Program-made: the position numbers and the translations under genes
Part shown: positions 58,215 to 64,000 of the stretch, piece by piece
Layout of the letters: each line of letters opens with the position of its first letter
Numbering within the stretch: position 1 is the first letter of the stretch
NCBI GenBank assembly: GCA_044892525.1
Contig: CM097885.1
Location: forward strand, 12,960,001-13,024,000
Direction: 5' to 3'
DNA length: 64,000 bases
Source of the DNA: Schmidtea polychroa
Lineage: Eukaryota
Notes under the pieces: generated by a model
Told to the model about the DNA's origin: nothing
The model's database searches: none
What the model saw: the letters and a program-made list of their open reading frames with translations, nothing else

Positions 58215-59147
58215 TTAAATCTCCTGGGTGAAAGTGGAGTGTCAAATCTTTCCACTAAACCATCTGTTTGTGGGTATTATGGTGAGGTACTAAGTTTCAG
58301 TATACCAAATAATTCTGTGATTGAATTAAACAACTCACTCTGAAAATTGGTTCCTTGGTCTGCAAGTAATTTCTTTGGTGCTCCATATCGGAAGATAAAT
58401 AATAATGTGTATGTCTCATAGTAAAGTAATCACAAAAACCATTGATGTATTTGTTTTGACATTGGCTGTTTCCGGCAGTGAACCGACGTTGTCCATTGCA
58501 GTCATTTCAATAGGCGCCTTTGGCACAAGCACAGGCTTTATAGGAACTTTTATTTTCCATCCCGTATTTCATCTAGATAGGAATATCTGTCAAGTACGGC
58601 ACTATTGTCTGACATCTTGTTCCATAGTTTTCTAATAATATTTTTGTTTCAATCTTGATAATGTTTTACACGTTGATAAATACCCTCCTTATACTCTATC
58701 ATGATACAACAGCAATAATGCTTTTCAATTTTTTTAGGAACAATAATTAATAAATTTTCATTTTGCACACACTTTAACAAAGCATCATGAATAATTTATT
58801 TATGCTTTTCTTCAACACTATGTTTCCAGTCACTATCCCTTTTGATTATGAACGTAAACAATTTAATTCCTCGTCATTTTTCAGATCATCTTGTAACTTT
58901 TCTATATTATTTGCAGTTTTAATTGCCATAAATATTGTATTTTCGCAAAGTGTCTCATCTTGATCAACATTGTTTTCCTCGAGTATTCCCGACATAGCAT
59001 CCGCATTTGCATTCAACTTTCCTGTAGGATACTTTATCTCAAAATCATATTCTTTCAACGCGATTGACCACCTGATTAATTTACTAGCTTAATCTCTGTG
59101 CTTCATTAGCCATTGTAACGGATTCTGGTCCGTAAAGACGACAAATA
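58215..59147 (-). pseudogene. Degenerate Ty3/Gypsy pol fragment (RNase H end, then integrase)
   Basis: FTDQNPLQWL...LIRWSIALKEYDFEIKYPTGKLNANADAMS (RNase H end), then MDNVGSLP, LLADQGTNFQS and TSP*YPQTDGLVERF (integrase core) in Gypsy order. Many stops. Confidence 0.85.
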
Positions 59148-60237
59148 GCTTATATAGAGAATTTGTATTTTTATGATGTTTTGATTAAAATTAAACAAAT
59201 AATCAATTTTATTATTAAAATAATGAGTAAGTTTAATATCATCTCTTTGAATTTAGATTGATCTTTGTTATCAAGCTCATTCTAATCATCACTGCTAACG
59301 ACTTCCTCAATTTCTTTATTTCCATTTATTTCTCTACCTTGTTCCTCTGTGTCAGACTCACTGGACTCATTATTTACTTCTAAACTCACTCTTTTTACTA
59401 CTACTATCATCATCCAGCTCTTGTGGTATACATCCGCAATCATATAAATATTCATCGTCGTCAAGTTCATCACTTTTTTACATTACTATAATAATTCCAT
59501 CTTTCCTTGTCGTTTCAGCAATTCTCTTCCGCAACTTTAAGACTTTTGTACACCAATGCTCATCTATATCTTCCGTATTTTCAAAGTCCAATCTTTGCCA
59601 TAATCCACTTAATATGTTGGCATATCTGGTTTTACATATAAATATGGTCGTATTGCACTTACTTTTTCTAATTTATCATTTTTTTCGAATTCTGATTTCT
59701 CAATCACTTGTAACTTATCACAGGTTTCGTCTTCGTCTCCAATATATAAAGTATCATGCAATTCCTCTAATATCGCCCTTGAACTTCTTTTTATCACTAC
59801 ATCACCACTAATCGGACTTTATATCTTCAATTCATTTTTACTTCCCGGTATAAATTCACAATCTACCAAATATTCATCATTTTCTAACGATCTATCAATA
59901 AATCTCAACTCTATCACGCATCCCTCACGTTTCTCTTTTAATTTTGTCTTTAAATAATTTACACAATCATTTGTAAAAACAGATCTTTGTCGCATTGCAT
60001 ACCAGATCAAATGGAACAATAGAATACCTCATGAAAATGAAAATAGCGAATAAGGGTCCCAGTATACATAAACACAGATAAAATCTACCAACCAAATCCT
60101 GATGCAGAATTAGATTCAACACTCTCAAAGGTCTGTCATAAAATTATGGAGATAGTTGAGAAGAAAAAAAGAAAACTATATCTCTCAAACCTAACGAAAG
60201 ATTAACAAGCAATATTAAAATCCCTTAAAAAGAATCC

Positions 60238-61928
60238 ATGCGTTTACTTGGCAAGCGAGAAAGGGAGGGGGTGGAATTTTGCATTATAGAGAAAAATCGT
60301 TACTGTGAAGCTGGTTACGAACACCTCGGCAACATCGAAACATACAAGAAAGTCGGCCGCATGTCACGAAACACCATCGAAATAAAGATCAACAAAGTAT
60401 GGAAAGCCATAGCTTTAGAAATGAAGCTCAACAACAAAATGACGAACAGCTTCGTCACAACAAACTCTGATCTACCCAACTTCTACCACCTAATTAAAAC
60501 TCACAAAGAGGGTCCTGGTATCAAAATTAGACCTATAGTGTCCAACAAAAATGGACCAACAACTAAAACAAGTTGGCCCCTTGCAAAGATTTTGAAACCT
60601 TTATTGGACACGATACCACACCATCTTCAAAGCAGCGACTGCCTCATGACAAGATTAAATAATAACATAACTTGTCACAAAGAATTCATATACCCGTTCA
60701 GTCTTGATGTCGTATCACTATACACATCTATCGAACCAAAAGAGGCTATTCAATGTTTAGAAAAGAAATTAAGAGAAAGCAACTTGTTAATAAAGGAAAT
60801 GAATATCGAGAATATCACCAAACTACTTACTGTTATCCTCGAGAACACCTATTTTACCTTTGAGCAAAATATCTATAAACAAGTTAAAGGTCTGCCTATG
60901 GGTTCTAGCATATCAGGACTGCTAGCCATAATCTTTATGGATAACCTCGAACGACAGACACTGAGGACCATACAACCCATCGGTTTCTATGCAATATATG
61001 TAGATAATATCTTCATTACGACCAAAAACAGAAAAGAATCGGAGCAAATATTTCATACATTCAATGCGGCTCGTCGAGATATTAAGTTCGAAATCGAATA
61101 TCCGGAAGAAGATGGATCCCTCAATTTATTGGATTTGAGAATTAAAATAGAAGCAAATACTCCAACATACGGGTTCTACAGAAAACCAGCTCGCAAAGAA
61201 ATATTTATGCACCAAAGATCAGCGCTTCCATTCTTACAGAAAGTACATGTCATAAGAAACGAGAAACGAAGAATAGCCAATCTATGCACGGAAAAAACGA
61301 AAACTTTAAAGAACAATCATATTTCAATAAAATCCTACACAGAAACGAATACCAAGGTGAGGACTTCGAAAGAAGGAATTCTACCCCGAAAAGATCTAGG
61401 GAATTAACACAAAAGAATCAGAAATATTTCTATCTGAATATCCCATTCATCAGTGACACACTTGACTTCAAGATCCTGAAAGAATTTAAACGTACCGGTC
61501 TTCCAATTTGGATAGCACATAAATCTTGGAGACTTAGAAGGGCTCTGGTAGGCAACATAATTAGAGAAAACACTTGCACAATGAAAAACTGCCTGACACC
61601 GAAAGATATGTGCTTTAGAAAAAACATAGTCTATTGCGTCACGTGCAACCTATTCAATGAAATCTACATTGGAAGTATACTCAGGACCTTGCACCAAAGA
61701 GTTAAAGAATACCTAGATCCTGGTGGAACATCCTCGTTGGGCAGACATATCCGGCAGTGTCAGCCAACAGAGGAAAGAAAATATATATCAATCGAAATCA
61801 TAGCTAATGAAAACATCCAAAAGAAAAATGTCAGAATCAAAGAAGCAATTCTCAACATAAACAGACAGCCAAAGATCAACACTAAAGAAGAAATCAATGA
61901 AATCATGAATTTGATCTGTTGTCATTAA
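60238..61928 (+). mobile_element. Penelope-like retroelement: RT + GIY-YIG endonuclease, one frameshift near 61290
   Basis: LIKTHK...IRPIVS, SLDVVSLYTSI, QVKGLPMGSSISG, YVDN (degenerate YVDD), LLDL, YRKP. The second frame has VYCVTC...YIGS..RTLHQRVKE...H...C...IKEA (GIY-YIG). Followed by (TAA)n after ~62178. Confidence 0.92.
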
Positions 61929-62176
61929 CCTTGAGAATAACTGACAATACATAAAGAAATTAATAAAAAAAAATATAATAAATTAAAGAATTAAGAGAAA
62001 GGAAATAGAAAAAAGATTGAAAGGTATTTTCGGGAAGAACATTGCTAAATTCCAGGAGATTGACAAGATAGTCGAAAATTTTTTCATTAAATACATTATT
62101 TGCAGCAAAAGGCTTAAATTATCTTTTTATTGTTTTAAATAATAAATACTGCTACCAAGAAATCATCACTTTATAC

Positions 62177-62333
<157 letters not shown>

Positions 62334-62350
62334 ATATTTATTATTATTAT

Positions 62351-63931
62351 TGTCGGGCTGAAACCGAGAACTGAGAGTTTGTTTTAATCGATCAAAAATA
62401 CCTAACACAAAAACCGCCAATTTGAAAAAATTTATGATCAAGGTCTAATATAGAATAAATAAAATAAACATTAAGAATCAATAAACCCCGTATAATAGAA
62501 TAAAGAGATAAATAAATGTAACAAAAAAATTGAACACAAAAAAATTTTTTTCGATAGGAAAATAATAAAATGTAAAATAGAATTATTTGAAAATTATTTA
62601 AACGATATAAAAATTAAATCGTCAAAATAATAAAATTAGTTAACATTATGTAAATTGTTAAATTTATAGAATTAAATGGTTAGAATTATGTAACTTATTA
62701 AATTTAAAGAATAAAAGTGTTTAAATTAATAAAAATTAATATAACTCAAATTATTTAAATTATAAAATTTATAAAATTAAAATTAATAAAAATTAAATAA
62801 TTAATTAATTAAATTAATGAAATTAAAAACAAATAAATAATTGCACACACTCATGCATGTATGCAAAATTAAGTCAAAATTTCTCGCACTCTGATTGGAT
62901 AGAGTGACAGCGCATGCATGAATGCGCATTCAAAATCAGTATAAATACTGATCACAAATTCATTTGAAAAACTTTTTTTTCCAGCACCACAATGTAATTT
63001 GCAGACAGTAAAGCTCTCAGTTTTCGATTTTATGCCATCGTGGATTTGGTAATTTATTTTTTATTCTTATTGTAATTTTTACGAAGTGTTTTAATTAATA
63101 AATTTTATATGCAATTAATGTCTCAGTTAAATTTTCTTTTGTTGTCCTTTTTAATGGTTTAATTTCATTTAGTTTCAAGTTTTAAATAATAGTTTTTATT
63201 GAGTTCAATTATATTATTTATTGGTTGTAAACGATGGTGCCGTGGAATTGAGATCCAGCATATCATGGTTTGGGGTACCTCCGGGATGCTCAGACTGGTG
63301 GGTATGCTGGTTTTTCAATCGCGCAGCTGATTTCGGGCCGAAATGTGGAGGCTTCTCCACGGGTCCGTCGCTGGAAGTACTTGGGTCAAACATAGGTTAG
63401 GACTGAGAATACAGGCAGATCCCTGCTCAAATTTTTGAAGGACAATTTAAATATTATGGCAGGTGTGGATTAACTTGGAAATAAGGGCCGATCCCTGCTC
63501 AAATTTGTTTGCGAGATAGGTTAAATATTCATAAATATCAAGAAAATTACCTAGCAACCTTTATTAATAGAAACATATGGGCGCATCCCTGCACAAAATC
63601 TTGAAAGGAAACAATAGAAAACATCTAGAAATGAGGACCATAGCCGAATGAGATAGAAAAGTAGAAATAGAAAATGATCGATGACGTAAGACCTTCTATC
63701 GGCCGTCTAGAACCCGAAGAGAAAATACAATGGGGAGTAGTTTTAGAAATAGAGCTCACCTGCTCATTGTTTTTTCGCCTTTGTGTACAGTACCAACATG
63801 GTCGTCGCCATGGGTACACAAATGGTTTAAAGTACAATAGTCATGGAGGTGCTTAGGAAAGAATCGAGTGAATGCCTATGATTACCCCTAACGTATTTAA
63901 AATTTAAAATGACACACCCTTAAGTAACCAA

Positions 63932-63933
<2 letters not shown>
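62351..63933 (+). mobile_element. LTR-like element C (1,583 bp), ORF-less relative of A/B, inserted in (TAT)n
   Basis: TGTCGGGCT...CCAACA termini with TTAT on both flanks (inside a microsatellite), CTGATTGG + TATAAAT, and the conserved motif at 63683-63764. Confidence 0.7.

Positions 63934-64000
<67 letters not shown>

Overview
This is AT-rich eukaryotic (animal-like) genomic DNA made mostly of transposon debris. The ~50-56 nt introns, long (TAA)n tracts and Merlin/hATm/Penelope content would fit a planarian-type genome, but the organism cannot be determined from this window. Two host genes are recognisable. One is an intact, intronless DGAT2/MOGAT-family acyltransferase (56059-57075, minus strand). 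The other is a 4-exon PDAP1/PP28-like gene assembled by hand (54038 to 24848, minus strand) whose ~28.6-kb third intron holds a four-level nested stack, and the three inner insertions each have a readable target-site duplication (TSD). The outer layer is a hAT remnant. Inside it is LTR-like element B (27655-51344, TSD CAGA), inside that is LTR-like element A (27939-47674, TSD CTAA), and innermost is a 15.6-kb almost entirely fold-back element with Polinton/Maverick-type ends (29159-44737, AG...CT, 6-bp TSD TGCGAG). The fold-back element shows no polymerase, integrase or capsid gene. It carries decayed IAP-type RING genes, nine copies of a palindromic cassette with a TATA-like motif, and dense TGACTCA/TCAAGGTCA arrays. 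A and B are each ~4 kb once the insertions are removed, and each carries one intact paralogous ~250-aa ORF of unknown function. Two shorter ORF-less relatives (C, D) share a conserved ~85-bp motif with them. Other content: remnants of mariner, Tc1/IS630-like, pogo/Tc2, Merlin, hAT, hATm, Gypsy and Penelope elements, solo LTRs, microsatellites and a perfect AT-rich hairpin. All calls come from reading motifs by eye; no database searches were run.
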